Made by a program: the position numbers and the translations under genes. Of a stretch of 64,000 nucleotides of DNA, positions 10,464-21,339 are shown piece by piece. Below the pieces are notes generated by a model. That model was not told the DNA's origin, did not search any database, and saw nothing but the letters and a program-made list of their open reading frames with translations. This DNA comes from a virus. Its lineage: Duplodnaviria > Heunggongvirae > Uroviricota > Caudoviricetes. The stretch is from positions 1 to 64,000 of the IMG/VR virus record IMGVR_UViG_3300035501_000704. One strand, written 5' to 3'. How positions within the stretch are numbered: the first letter of the stretch is position 1; each line of letters begins with the position of its first letter.

Positions 10464-11018
10464 TTATTTCTTCTTTTTTCTATGGATTGAATATCCTGAA
10501 AAGTTTTCTTTAATGAAGTCTCTTATTTTTCTAACAATATAGTCAGCATTGCTGATATTCCATTGTTCATTGATTTCTCTTAGTGTATATCCTTTAATGA
10601 ATTGAGAAAATTGTTCTAATGAATCTTTTCCAAATCTTTTCTCTATTTCATAGATAATAATACTATAATCAATATTTGAATCTTCATTTTCTTCACTTAA
10701 TCTATATATGGATTCATTAAATTCATTATCATCTTTCTCTTTATTATAGGAATACATAAGGCTTCTTATATAATTTGTCCTAACAGCCTTGCAATAATAA
10801 GATAATACATGATTTTTGGTTAATGTTGATACATTCCCATAGATATCACACATTCTTATCATGGTATCATGGGCAATGTCTTTATATGAATCACTATCAC
10901 TATCATGAAATAGCTTAATGTATTCACGTTCTGCAATTTTCATCAAATCATTGTAGTAATACGTAATTGCTTCATAAATGGTTAGATTTGATGTTTTCTT
11001 TGGTGTTTTATTATACAT
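10464..11018 (-). CDS. Hypothetical protein, possibly a divergent ECF-like sigma factor
   Basis: Weak region-2-like segment (IAHDTMIRM...YYCKAVRTNYIRSLM) and region-4-like segment (GYTLREINEQWNISNADYIVRKIR). Confidence 0.3.
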   Translation of the reverse strand: MYNKTPKKTSNLTIYEAITYYYNDLMKIAEREYIKLFHDSDSDSYKDIAHDTMIRMCDIYGNVSTLTKNHVLSYYCKAVRTNYIRSLMYSYNKEKDDNEFNESIYRLSEENEDSNIDYSIIIYEIEKRFGKDSLEQFSQFIKGYTLREINEQWNISNADYIVRKIRDFIKENFSGYSIHRKKKK

Positions 11019-11105
11019 AATGGGTATAGAAAGAGTTTTATCTCATCTCTATACCCATAATACTTTAGGAATGAAAATGTTTAAAAATAATCAATATTTC
11101 TTTAA

Positions 11106-11861
11106 TTACCAGTTTTTTAGAATCTTAGAAATCAATGAATTTCTTACAATATCATCTTCCGTAAATTCTGTTACAGATACCTCATCGAAATTCTTTAACT
11201 TTTCAACAGCATGTTCAAGACCTGATTCCATACTTGAATATTTTCTATCTGATTGCCTTGGGTCTCCAGAAATAACCAATTTGCTGTTTTCACCAATTCT
11301 TGTCATAACAAGCAATAATTCTTCAGGAGAAAGATTTTCAGCCTCTTCAACAAGAATAAGTGTATTATCAAATGTTTTTCCTCTAATATATGACATCAAT
11401 TCAAAACTAATCTTTCTTGAATCTACCAAATTCTTTACGATTGATTTTGCGTTGATAACTTCACTCTTTTCAAGAATTTTCGTCATGGTGTACATGCTTG
11501 CTTCTTTATAGACAGTTGTCTTATCTTCAACTGTACCCGGCAAGAAACCTAATGATAATCCGCCTGATGCCTCGCAAGTTGGAACTAATATTCTTATTTC
11601 TTCAAATTCATTTTCTTTTAATGCCTTTAGCGCATAGGCTTGACTTAAATATGATTTTCCTGTTCCTGGGGCACCTGAACCAATAACAATAGATTTATTG
11701 GTGTCTCTTAATGCCTTCCAATAAAGTTTTTGATTATCATTCTTTGGTTTAATGTTTACCTTAATGGATGATAATAAACTTGCCTGTTTTTCGATGAATT
11801 CTGCAAGCTTCAACTCTTCAGGAGTAATGTTCAATTTTTGATTCTGCTTTTTTCTCGGCAT
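11106..11861 (-). CDS. phoH: PhoH-family ATPase
   Basis: Walker A GAPGTGKSYL, LGFLPG motif, Walker B ILVEEAENL, SGDPRQSD motif. Confidence 0.85.
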   Translation of the reverse strand: MPRKKQNQKLNITPEELKLAEFIEKQASLLSSIKVNIKPKNDNQKLYWKALRDTNKSIVIGSGAPGTGKSYLSQAYALKALKENEFEEIRILVPTCEASGGLSLGFLPGTVEDKTTVYKEASMYTMTKILEKSEVINAKSIVKNLVDSRKISFELMSYIRGKTFDNTLILVEEAENLSPEELLLVMTRIGENSKLVISGDPRQSDRKYSSMESGLEHAVEKLKNFDEVSVTEFTEDDIVRNSLISKILKNW

Positions 11862-11901
11862 AGAATTTAATTTTAATTGAAATTTATTTATTTAAAAGCA
11901 A

Positions 11902-11939
11902 AAATGAAACATAGAGTTTTATTCACTATGCTTCATTTG
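11902..11939 (-). terminator. Putative hairpin terminator downstream of the 621-aa gene
   Basis: 13-bp stem with one mismatch (aaatgaaacatag / ctatgcttcattt), T-rich on the minus strand downstream. Confidence 0.35.
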
Positions 11940-12023
11940 GAAATATGTTGAGTTTATGGAAAAATATTATACATTCGCATCCCTATTGTTTCTTTATAAT
12001 AAATAGAGAAATGTAATTAAATA

Positions 12024-13889
12024 TCAAAGTTCATAGGCATTATTTGTGTCAGAAACTATATTAAAATGTAAAACATCTCTATGAACAAGTGATTCTGTGC
12101 CGTAATTAACTCTTACATCCATATAATACTTTTGAGGAATAAGTATATTGGTATCAAGCATGATAAAGTTATCTGTAAAGGCTCTTTCAATTCTTGTATA
12201 AGGAATTACATCACACTGAGCCGTTCCATCCATAATATATAATCTTGCTTCTGCATTAACTATTGTTAATCCAATATTCTTTTCATATTGTTTATTAAAC
12301 AAGAAAAATATACGTCTTACATCACCTCTCTTAATGTTTTCATTGTCACTAATTCCATATACACTTGGAACGAAATTATTTTGTTCAGGAATGCTTGTCC
12401 CAATCTTAAAATAAGAGTTAGCTGGTTTAAGTGTAAAATCCATCTCTATTGGGCTTAATTTCTCTCCATGGTAAATTATATTATCCCACTTATCATAAAG
12501 CATTGTAGGTGTCTTAAAATCGTTTTGAGATAGTTTTACATTAACACAATAGACTCCTTTTGTTACTTGACTAACTTCATAATCATTTCCTTCAATGGAG
12601 CAAGTTGGTAATTCATCCAAATTATTTAAGTCTCCACCAATGGAAGCATATAAATAAAGTTTATTTTCTTTCCCAATAATAAAGTTTGCTCTATCATCAA
12701 TGATATAATCATCATAGGTTGTCTCAACAAAAGGTTCAAAGAATGAATTGGTTTTATTGGTTAATAATCCAATATAGTTTTCATATAATGAATCAGAATA
12801 TTCGAAGTTTGGGGCAAATGCAATGCCAATACCATTATTCTTTAATTCTCCTGTAATAAACTTATTAAATGTATTTGTTATATCAATATCAATGTTTTCA
12901 TTACCAATATCAAAGTGTTGTTTTCCAATGACAATTGAATCTTCTCCGTTATTAAATTTATTCAATTCAATTTCTAATATTTTTGTTGAATAAATACCAT
13001 CATCAGTTGTTGGAAATGATTGTTCATTTTTTCCTAATTGTGTTATTGTATAAGGTCTTGATTCAAATTTATCTTCTCCTATGGTATAAGTAACGATAAA
13101 TCTAATTTTTCTCTTTGAATTGAAAGGATTCTTGGGTATGGTTACAGGAACTTGAACATATTTGCAATATTTTATCTTATGTTCTTCGCTTTCACATACC
13201 ATACCATTATTGGCAAAATAAATGGGTGTTCCTATATTGATAGGGCTATCCATCACATCATCCAATACTTCTAACTTGATATTTTTATTATTGTATGTCT
13301 CATCACATTTGCAATAATAAGAAAAGGTAAGTGTATCACCATTTCCTGAGATATAATCATTATTTGATTTAACATAAAAATGAATCAATTCATCTTTTGA
13401 AAAACAATATGCTGAACCATTTTTCCAATCATATCCATTTCTTGATTGATACCAATTAACACCGTCTTTTAATTTATATAAAGTATAATCATAAGACATC
13501 TTGTTATAGTATTCTGTATTCAGATAATTCTTGCTATAGTCAAATCCCTTTCCATTATCCCATTCTTCAGGAATTAAAAAGAAAATCAAATCAAATGAGG
13601 ATGCTCTTCGTTTCTTATCAGCGTCAATTTGACTTGCATAAACCTTATGAAGCTCAGACATATCTAATGAACCAGCATTGGTAATTTTAAGCCTATGGCG
13701 TAGTTTATTTATATCTGGATAAACTTTTGATTCAACCAAAGATTTAATCTTTTCTTCATTGAAATGAATGAGCGTTCTTGATATGTTACGTCCCCATAAT
13801 AGGTCTGAGACTGGATTCAGACCAGTATTCACATTACTACCTTTAACAATTGTCGCACACTTATCTAAATATGTTCTCTCTAACAACAT
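12024..13889 (-). CDS. Hypothetical virion structural protein (baseplate or fibre candidate)
   Basis: 621-aa ORF, Asn/Tyr/Gly-rich, within the structural gene block. Confidence 0.5.
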   Translation of the reverse strand: MLLERTYLDKCATIVKGSNVNTGLNPVSDLLWGRNISRTLIHFNEEKIKSLVESKVYPDINKLRHRLKITNAGSLDMSELHKVYASQIDADKKRRASSFDLIFFLIPEEWDNGKGFDYSKNYLNTEYYNKMSYDYTLYKLKDGVNWYQSRNGYDWKNGSAYCFSKDELIHFYVKSNNDYISGNGDTLTFSYYCKCDETYNNKNIKLEVLDDVMDSPINIGTPIYFANNGMVCESEEHKIKYCKYVQVPVTIPKNPFNSKRKIRFIVTYTIGEDKFESRPYTITQLGKNEQSFPTTDDGIYSTKILEIELNKFNNGEDSIVIGKQHFDIGNENIDIDITNTFNKFITGELKNNGIGIAFAPNFEYSDSLYENYIGLLTNKTNSFFEPFVETTYDDYIIDDRANFIIGKENKLYLYASIGGDLNNLDELPTCSIEGNDYEVSQVTKGVYCVNVKLSQNDFKTPTMLYDKWDNIIYHGEKLSPIEMDFTLKPANSYFKIGTSIPEQNNFVPSVYGISDNENIKRGDVRRIFFLFNKQYEKNIGLTIVNAEARLYIMDGTAQCDVIPYTRIERAFTDNFIMLDTNILIPQKYYMDVRVNYGTESLVHRDVLHFNIVSDTNNAYEL

Positions 13890-13942
13890 GATATCAAAAT
13901 AAAATTATGAAGCTATAATTTATATTCAATAAATATCATGAT

Positions 13943-14965
13943 TTAGCTAATTCTCACATTATTAGATAACATCTTACTATAATCATATCCAACAATATCT
14001 GCTAATGTAGTCCCATTGATGGTTGGGGGAAGCATGGAATAAGGATGTGTGTGTTCACAAATTGCTTTTACCATCAATTCCAATAGTTTAATCAATTCAT
14101 CACCATAGACACTCTTATGTAGTTTTGACATGATGTTATCCATTTGCTCTTCCAATACCAATTGTTCATTATTGGTAAGTAATTCTCCAAATTGATTGGT
14201 GTCCTTATGCGAAATTAAATTGATTTTATCAGCTACGACATTAACAACACTATTTGCTTCTCTGCTATTCTTTGATTCACATTTGTATTCATTATTGTCA
14301 CCATCACCATCAGATAATCCAGCAATACCATTTTGTTTATATTTAATCTGAATATATCCAGGATTCAATGTGTTAAATACCACATTTCCTTTCAAATACT
14401 TAACTGTCTTATCGGCAGGTTCCAATCGAATACCAGCTCTTAGGTCAATTTCACTGGATTGTGAGTATTCTCCATCTCTATTTCCTCTGTACTTCAATAC
14501 AATATCTTCTTGCCCTCTACCAATCAACGCAACATCCTTTGGGTCAGGGAATGAACCTTTAGTTAAATCCTTAGCTCTTTCAATAGATGTTAATGGCTGA
14601 TTCTTTAATCCTTTACCAATAGATAATAAAGATACTGCATCTCCATTGCCTTTATTATAGGAACAATATTCTTGATATTGTGGTTGAGATATAATAGGGC
14701 CAATATAGTATCTTTGACTATCTGGTGTGTTTATCTTTGCATTGATTACAAATACACCTTCTCCTATCTTTGGAATGGATTGGAATACTTTAGGTAATAA
14801 AGGAAATGCGTAAGGTAAATCTTCTGTAGCTGTTCCCTTTCCATCAGAATCCAATCTAACTTTAATTCTACCAGCATATGCTGAATCTGTATATTGCGTG
14901 GTATCTCCACCTTCTACATATTCAACTTGCCCTGTAACAAATAATGATGATTCTCCAACAGCCAT
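13943..14965 (-). CDS. Baseplate hub/spike protein, gp5/gpV-like N-terminal OB-fold
   Basis: GRIKVRLDSDGKGT...LPYAFPLLPKVFQSIPKIGEGVFVI resembles the gpV/gp5/VgrG OB-fold. Confidence 0.5.
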   Translation of the reverse strand: MAVGESSLFVTGQVEYVEGGDTTQYTDSAYAGRIKVRLDSDGKGTATEDLPYAFPLLPKVFQSIPKIGEGVFVINAKINTPDSQRYYIGPIISQPQYQEYCSYNKGNGDAVSLLSIGKGLKNQPLTSIERAKDLTKGSFPDPKDVALIGRGQEDIVLKYRGNRDGEYSQSSEIDLRAGIRLEPADKTVKYLKGNVVFNTLNPGYIQIKYKQNGIAGLSDGDGDNNEYKCESKNSREANSVVNVVADKINLISHKDTNQFGELLTNNEQLVLEEQMDNIMSKLHKSVYGDELIKLLELMVKAICEHTHPYSMLPPTINGTTLADIVGYDYSKMLSNNVRIS

Positions 14966-14968
14966 ATA

Positions 14969-15151
14969 TTATGAATTTACAATATTATTTCTATTATTTA
15001 CCTCTTGTTTTAATAATTCATACTCTTCTGCCAATGAATCCATTTCAGAAGCAACCTTAACAGCAAGTTTTCTTAATTTTAAGAATTTTTGATTTAACTC
15101 ATCCATTCTATTCTTTATTTCTTCATTTGTAAGTGTTTTATAATCTTCCAT
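14969..15151 (-). CDS. Small coiled-coil protein
   Basis: 60-aa ORF immediately downstream of the hub gene. Confidence 0.4.
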   Translation of the reverse strand: MEDYKTLTNEEIKNRMDELNQKFLKLRKLAVKVASEMDSLAEEYELLKQEVNNRNNIVNS

Positions 15152-15163
15152 ACAATATTTCCT

Positions 15164-15577
15164 TTATTGAATTACGCCCCAAATATTCGTGGGTAATATG
15201 TTTGTTCCTACAGACGCTACAGGTCCAGCTGCATTTGCACCATTGGATTGAATGGTTAATGTTGAAGCATCAATGCCTCCTTGAATAACAGCATCCTCTG
15301 TTTGTGCTCTATAAATTTCCTTTAATGTTTCATATACAACACTAACAATAAGATTAGGGCTTCCATCAGGATTTGCTGATGTTGGTATTCCTAAGTTTTC
15401 CAATGAAACACATATATTATTCAAAGACCGTAAAGGTGATAATCCTTGTCTTGTCTTTGCACCAGCAATCAATAAAATTGCTGGCATTTGTGTAACCTGT
15501 GTAACTTTATTATTTATACTTGAAATAAAGTTATTTATTTGATTTGTTATTGCGTCAATTGTCATAATTATCAGCAA
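15164..15577 (-). CDS. Hypothetical structural protein
   Basis: 137-aa ORF overlapping the upstream gene by 7 nt, which suggests coupling. Confidence 0.5.
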   Translation of the reverse strand: MLIIMTIDAITNQINNFISSINNKVTQVTQMPAILLIAGAKTRQGLSPLRSLNNICVSLENLGIPTSANPDGSPNLIVSVVYETLKEIYRAQTEDAVIQGGIDASTLTIQSNGANAAGPVASVGTNILPTNIWGVIQ

Positions 15578-18021
15578 TTATTCGTGTTAGGTTCAATATT
15601 ATCAAGAATATCAGCATAATTACCTTCAGCAAGTATTGCGGCAATTTCATTGTCAATATCTGTATCAGATGATTTTTTGCTTTTTCTTCTCTTTAATCGT
15701 TTCATTAACTTCTTATAAGCGTTAATGAGCAATTTCAATAAATCAATCCATTTTTTAGCATATTCAAGACTTAATAATTTAAGATATGTGCTCATAATGA
15801 TATTGATTCTTTCGAGAATCATTCTTAATAACTCTTTTTGAATAGATTCAACGATTTCTCTTACAGCTGCCTTAATAATACCTGATACTGCGCCAAGAAT
15901 ATCCTTAATTTCAAATTTAAAATTCTTATCCAATGATAATGGGTCATTCTGCATCAATTTTTGATTGATTTGAATAAGCATCAATACCTTTGGTGTTAAT
16001 ATTGCATTGGTAATCTCAGCTGTCAAGAATTTAATGATTTTATCAATAAATGATGATGTACTACTATCAGAATCACTATCTTCTGTTCCGCCATTATTAG
16101 ATGATGAATTGGAACTACTTGCAGCCGTTTCAGCCTTATTAAGGATATTCTTTAATGCAGTTACTTGTGTTTCAACATCTCCAGATGATTTATAATCAGT
16201 CATCATATCATAAACCTCTGTTATTTCATCTGCATTGGATGAATCAGTAGCAAATATGCCTTGTTGAATCTTATTTACTGTGTTTTGCTCTAATGCTTTA
16301 TAATCATTATTATCAAATGTATAGAAGCATCCTGTAAATTCACCATCAGAATCTCCTTCACTGATAATATTTTGTACCAATTGGTCAATATAATTATCAA
16401 TGTATATTTGGTCTGTATTTGATAGATTACTATTCTTTTTGAAAGGATTGTGTATCTTATAGTTAATATTCATCAAGTCATTAACTATATTCGAAGCAAT
16501 CACTTCCGCATCAAATAACTTAAAGCTCCATATATAATCAAAATTAAATTCATATACAGTTTTTCCAAAATAACATTCTGTTAATACTTTAAAAGCGTCC
16601 GCTCCAGTAATAACATTGCTATCACTTTCAGGATTGTTTGTATTTGTTATTTCACTACTCTTCGCTAAATAGAACTTATGTGATTTTGAATCGAACCATA
16701 TATAACAAATAATATCTTTATCTTTAGGTGAAATGCTATATATGCTTATATTTCCTTTTCCAATTGTATCTGTTGAACTTGTTCCTTTCTTTCCAACTAA
16801 CTTAACGGTATATAGGTTTTCATCAATACTATATTTACCTTTCTTGCTATATTTTCCATATTCATCAAATCTCGCAACACAAGGCTTAATATTGTTGTAT
16901 GTAACATTAGAAGATGTTATGCCTGTTGTTAATCCAGATGCGTCTTCTCCAACAACTTTAGATTCTAATTTATTGATTGTGTTGCCTAAATTATTCAATC
17001 CATTTGTAATACTGGTGACATATCCAATTCCTACTTGAAATGGTTTAGGTAATACCTTGAATGTAAAATTATTTTTAGGTAAATTCGCTAAATCATTATA
17101 ACCATTTGAATAAGATAGATTAAATACAGGTTTCTTTGTTTCACCATTCTTTTTATTCCAATACCAGTTTACGCTATCCCAAGTTGAAGATACTGGTTTA
17201 ATTATATAATAATCATCATGTGCTTCTTCAACCAAGAATATTGTTTGAGATAATTCAGTCTGTTTAAAGGTTGTTCCAACAAGAAATTTTCTATTTTCTT
17301 TTGAATTGAATTTTCCTTTATTTTTATTGTAGATAGAATACAATGTATCACTACTACTTACATTACTAAAATAATCTGTAATGTTATTGCCAATGATATT
17401 AGGATTCGCAAATCTACCACTTGTCTTTACGAACCATATAAATGCATTCATATCTGTATGGCGAGCCAATGAATACAATGGGTCATTTTCACTATCTACG
17501 GTATAATTATACTTACCAATTTCTGAATAAGGAGAAACGCCTAATATTCCTCTTGGGTCAATTTCTTTTTCATTCAATATAACACCTTCTGTTCTCCATG
17601 AGTCAGGAATGGTCGGGTCGATACTACATGAAGTTAATTCCTTAATATTGGCGAGTAATACGGCTTTAACAGAATATTCCAATGCTGGCAGATTGTATTT
17701 CAAATACATAGCTAGCCATTCAATGATTGCATCTTTACTAATATCAACCATCTCCAATAAATGTAGTAATAAATCATTGGCACTTGTAATTAACTTATTT
17801 ACCTTAGATAATAGATTATTTGCTGCATTGGCAAGTTTTTGCTTTCTCTTTAATAATTGGGCTTCAAATTTGCTTGATGTTCCTTCTATTTGACTTTGGT
17901 AATAATTTGCATCATAAGTGAGTTTACTCTGTGACTTATTAAGATTAGCTAAGACATCTTGAGAGAATATCTTAGCCGCACCAATTTGACCGTATATTTC
18001 ATTTGTATTTGTTGTCGCCAT
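15571..18021 (-). CDS. Large hypothetical virion protein
   Basis: 816-aa ORF in the structural block. Confidence 0.55.
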   Translation of the reverse strand: MATTNTNEIYGQIGAAKIFSQDVLANLNKSQSKLTYDANYYQSQIEGTSSKFEAQLLKRKQKLANAANNLLSKVNKLITSANDLLLHLLEMVDISKDAIIEWLAMYLKYNLPALEYSVKAVLLANIKELTSCSIDPTIPDSWRTEGVILNEKEIDPRGILGVSPYSEIGKYNYTVDSENDPLYSLARHTDMNAFIWFVKTSGRFANPNIIGNNITDYFSNVSSSDTLYSIYNKNKGKFNSKENRKFLVGTTFKQTELSQTIFLVEEAHDDYYIIKPVSSTWDSVNWYWNKKNGETKKPVFNLSYSNGYNDLANLPKNNFTFKVLPKPFQVGIGYVTSITNGLNNLGNTINKLESKVVGEDASGLTTGITSSNVTYNNIKPCVARFDEYGKYSKKGKYSIDENLYTVKLVGKKGTSSTDTIGKGNISIYSISPKDKDIICYIWFDSKSHKFYLAKSSEITNTNNPESDSNVITGADAFKVLTECYFGKTVYEFNFDYIWSFKLFDAEVIASNIVNDLMNINYKIHNPFKKNSNLSNTDQIYIDNYIDQLVQNIISEGDSDGEFTGCFYTFDNNDYKALEQNTVNKIQQGIFATDSSNADEITEVYDMMTDYKSSGDVETQVTALKNILNKAETAASSSNSSSNNGGTEDSDSDSSTSSFIDKIIKFLTAEITNAILTPKVLMLIQINQKLMQNDPLSLDKNFKFEIKDILGAVSGIIKAAVREIVESIQKELLRMILERINIIMSTYLKLLSLEYAKKWIDLLKLLINAYKKLMKRLKRRKSKKSSDTDIDNEIAAILAEGNYADILDNIEPNTNNC

Positions 18022-18035
18022 GAAAATATGTTATT

Positions 18036-18452
18036 TTACGGTTTCTTCAAATTTATAGTTTTTGTTTCGTTGCTCTTGTTTCTTTGTGACATGGTTTCAT
18101 CAATCATGCTCTGCAAGTTTTGAATGTTGAATGCGCCACTTGAAGATTCTGCCATAGCAGCTTTAATATCACCATTATGTGCCATTACCTCATTTAAAAT
18201 TCTTGCAACTTCAATCTTCTTAGACATTGCTTTATCTTTAATTCCAAGATAATCATTCAATGCTTTTGAATATTTTGCTTTTCCATCCATTACCTCATTT
18301 TTTAGGTCTGTAGATGTGACAAGCTTATTTATTTCATTCTGTGTTTGATTTAATTGTTCATCAGCAAGCTCAATAATCTCTTGCAATAAATCCCTTAAAT
18401 TATCAGCAGAATTTAATTCAATCTTGAACTTCTTTATTATTCTATTTTGCAT
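18036..18452 (-). CDS. Hypothetical coiled-coil protein
   Basis: 138-aa ORF. Confidence 0.45.
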   Translation of the reverse strand: MQNRIIKKFKIELNSADNLRDLLQEIIELADEQLNQTQNEINKLVTSTDLKNEVMDGKAKYSKALNDYLGIKDKAMSKKIEVARILNEVMAHNGDIKAAMAESSSGAFNIQNLQSMIDETMSQRNKSNETKTINLKKP

Positions 18453-18493
18453 AATTTACAACATATATCTATTATTGATAAATAGCCAACAAA

Positions 18494-19228
18494 TTAGTTT
18501 TCAATTAAATCTTTTTTAATGTTATAATATGCAGACTTATACTTCTTCATGCTCAATCTTATTTCTGTGGTATCCATACAAGTCGCTTCCTTTAGATATA
18601 AGATAATGGATGATTTATTAAATTTATTGGAACCCATTTCTTGAAATATCTCATTCCAATTGGTTAATAGGTTAATTAAAGCATATCCAATCTTTCTCTC
18701 ATTATTGGTAAGCATATCACTCGGTGTATTGTCAATAATGTTTTGAATTTCCTGTGTTGTTTTTGAAATAAGACCAGTTAGGAATGCTTCATTGGATTCT
18801 TCTTCAAAATAATCTGTTGTCTTTTCGTTATCCTCAGTGAAGACTTGATAGATATCTTCATAGGATTCTTGCCTTGCTTGTGATTTCTTAAATTGATTGA
18901 TTTTAAATAGGAGATAGTTCTTACAGATGGTTCCACAATATGAATAAGCCTTAAATCCCTTATCAGGATTGAATAATTCAATCTTTGTCATTAAGAATGA
19001 TATGGTATCATTAAAGGTTTCTGTAAATTCCTCATCGGGCAAATATAATTTATATCGCCTGATGATTGATTCAATCATTTTTGTAAATGCTGGTTTCAAC
19101 CATGTATCAAAGATTTCATCTTTTTCTTCTTTTGTTTGTGCATGTATGTAGTTAGAAACAGCTGTTTCCTGTTCTTCATAGAAATATCCTTTTCTCTTTC
19201 TTCCTCTTTTTGCCATATAATATAGCAT
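18494..19228 (-). CDS. Divergent sigma-70 region-2-like transcription factor
   Basis: IESIIRRYKLYLPDEEFTETFNDTISFLMTKIELFNPDKGFKAYSYCGTICKNYLL resembles sigma region 2 (FdP.kG.kFstYa..I). Confidence 0.4.
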   Translation of the reverse strand: MLYYMAKRGRKRKGYFYEEQETAVSNYIHAQTKEEKDEIFDTWLKPAFTKMIESIIRRYKLYLPDEEFTETFNDTISFLMTKIELFNPDKGFKAYSYCGTICKNYLLFKINQFKKSQARQESYEDIYQVFTEDNEKTTDYFEEESNEAFLTGLISKTTQEIQNIIDNTPSDMLTNNERKIGYALINLLTNWNEIFQEMGSNKFNKSSIILYLKEATCMDTTEIRLSMKKYKSAYYNIKKDLIEN

Positions 19229-19343
19229 TATGTAAATTATGAATATGGCAATTTCTAAATATAATATTGAACATATATATTTCTTTTCGCATTTGTAGTT
19301 ATACCTAAATAATAGGCCTTATCTTCGCCATTTATAATTTTCA

Positions 19344-19387
19344 AGAAAGAATGACTTGTAATTTAACATACGTTAGTCATTCTTTCT
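19344..19387. other. Perfect 13-bp inverted repeat (agaaagaatgact / agtcattctttct) with an 18-nt loop
   Basis: Seen directly. Lies just downstream of the glycosyltransferase gene stop. Not followed by a T-run. Confidence 0.6.
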
Positions 19388-19406
19388 ATCTTATAGATGA
19401 ATATAA

Positions 19407-20195
19407 TTACTCTTCAGTTTCTTTATTTTCAACATATTGAATATTTCTATCCTCCATGTGATAAGATTCTGCCTTTGCTGTCTTAAACCAGAATTCTGAT
19501 TCTTCCTTTGAAATGGTATCACGATATTCCTGCATCAATGAACCCTTTCTTGCAAGACAATGGATATATCCAATTTTAGGAACTACATAAATCTTTTCTC
19601 CCTTATGTGTTGCCCGGAGCATAAATTCATACCAGAAAGTTAATTTCATGGATTCTTTTAATCCTCCTAAATCTCGCCAAGTGCTTGTTCTGAAAATACC
19701 ACCTGTTAAATAGAATTGGAAAAATTCGGCAATATCCTTTTCACCAAGAACGCCAATGGTATCAGAGAATGAACTTGCCCAAGCAACTTCATTACCATTA
19801 CCAACAAATTCATCCTTATCGTCCTCACAATTATACAAGTCGTTCAATGGAAGGAAGATATTAAATTCCTGATGATATTCTTGATACTTTTCAAAATTGC
19901 TAAACCAAATCTTTGTATAAACATCATCGAATTCAAGAATTGAGAACCATTCTGTAGGAACCTTACTTACACCCAAATTGGTAAGATGCTGGAATGATGT
20001 ATTATCATTATCATCTTCAATTGCCAATTCAACATTCTCATATGTAGATAGCGATGAACTAATGTTTTTGGGGCAAGCAACGATTACCTTAATATCTTCA
20101 GGAACACTTGACATCGCCTGTTCAAACATACCCTTAATCTCATCATCCCAAATATGAACAGGGACAATTACTGTAATATCTTTATTTTGTACCAT
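19407..20195 (-). CDS. Glycosyltransferase family 2-like
   Basis: N-terminal ITVIVPV motif, acidic DxD-like EDDNDN. Confidence 0.45.
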   Translation of the reverse strand: MVQNKDITVIVPVHIWDDEIKGMFEQAMSSVPEDIKVIVACPKNISSSLSTYENVELAIEDDNDNTSFQHLTNLGVSKVPTEWFSILEFDDVYTKIWFSNFEKYQEYHQEFNIFLPLNDLYNCEDDKDEFVGNGNEVAWASSFSDTIGVLGEKDIAEFFQFYLTGGIFRTSTWRDLGGLKESMKLTFWYEFMLRATHKGEKIYVVPKIGYIHCLARKGSLMQEYRDTISKEESEFWFKTAKAESYHMEDRNIQYVENKETEE

Positions 20196-20198
20196 AAA

Positions 20199-21305
20199 TT
20201 ACTTTTCTTTATTTTCTTCCTTATTTCCAATCTTTAAAAGCTCTGTAAGAGACTTCTTACGTTCTTCAAGAACATCTGAAATGTATTTAAGAATTTGTTC
20301 CTTTGTTGCTTCTTCAGAATACATATTTTTAGCAACCTCCTGATTCTTATAAATTGATTCTGGAATTGAATCTGTAATAAATGCTCTTACCAACTGAGCA
20401 ATCTTATCGTGAATCATATTGATATCATCAAACCAGAAACAAGACTTATTAAGCTCTGACTTTGTGCCAGGTTCAATCATCCAATCTTTATATACTTTCG
20501 GAACCTTTGCAAATATAACATTTCCTGATTTCATAGCTTCAATAGGGCTGTAACCAAATGAAGCGTCTTCATCAAGCCAAATGGTCAAGAATCCTTCTCT
20601 AAGAGCCGTAGCAAAGTTTTCCTTTGACATACCCTTCAAATCCTTAAATGATACCCACTTCATAAGAGGATACTTCCAATAGAAAGGTTTCAATATTCGT
20701 GAAATATCATTTTCATCCTTTGCAACAATGTTGATTGTAGCAATCTTAGGTTCATTGGTCTCACCAAAAATCTTTTCAATGAATGGGTCAATGACAGTTG
20801 TATGTAAATATGGGAATACACTCTTAATAAGCGAAGCATTCTGTGCTGTATTTGAAATTACATCAGTAATGCCATAATCGCCAAATTGTGCTGAGAAAGG
20901 CATTTGAGCAATTACATAATCGAAATTCTGCATAATAACAATTCGCTTGCAAGGAAGCTTTTTTGTCTGATTCATTACCTGTGTAAAGATATCAGGAATA
21001 AACAAGATATCACTTGCGTTGATTGTTACTTCATCCTTTTGAACATTATAATGAGGAAGTGATGAATAATCTGTTCCAAGCCATCCTTCAACGCCAATAA
21101 ACTTTTCATCGTCCTTATCCAATTGGTAAAGCATGCCTACTTTATATCCATCATCACTAAGGAACTTTGCAAGATGATAAATATATGCTAAGCTCCCACT
21201 TGCATATCCTTCAGTATCAATTACATAAAAGAAAATGTTACTTTCCTTATTATCAATCTTTGCAATCTCATCTTCGATTCTACTAATCGCTTTTTTCTTA
21301 TCCAT
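20199..21305 (-). CDS. Hypothetical protein, possibly a GT-B glycosyltransferase
   Basis: 368 aa. The PIEAMKSGNVIF segment resembles the GT1/4 C-terminal motif. Confidence 0.3.
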   Translation of the reverse strand: MDKKKAISRIEDEIAKIDNKESNIFFYVIDTEGYASGSLAYIYHLAKFLSDDGYKVGMLYQLDKDDEKFIGVEGWLGTDYSSLPHYNVQKDEVTINASDILFIPDIFTQVMNQTKKLPCKRIVIMQNFDYVIAQMPFSAQFGDYGITDVISNTAQNASLIKSVFPYLHTTVIDPFIEKIFGETNEPKIATINIVAKDENDISRILKPFYWKYPLMKWVSFKDLKGMSKENFATALREGFLTIWLDEDASFGYSPIEAMKSGNVIFAKVPKVYKDWMIEPGTKSELNKSCFWFDDINMIHDKIAQLVRAFITDSIPESIYKNQEVAKNMYSEEATKEQILKYISDVLEERKKSLTELLKIGNKEENKEK

Positions 21306-21339
21306 ATATATTATACGAAAATATTTTTATTATTTATAT

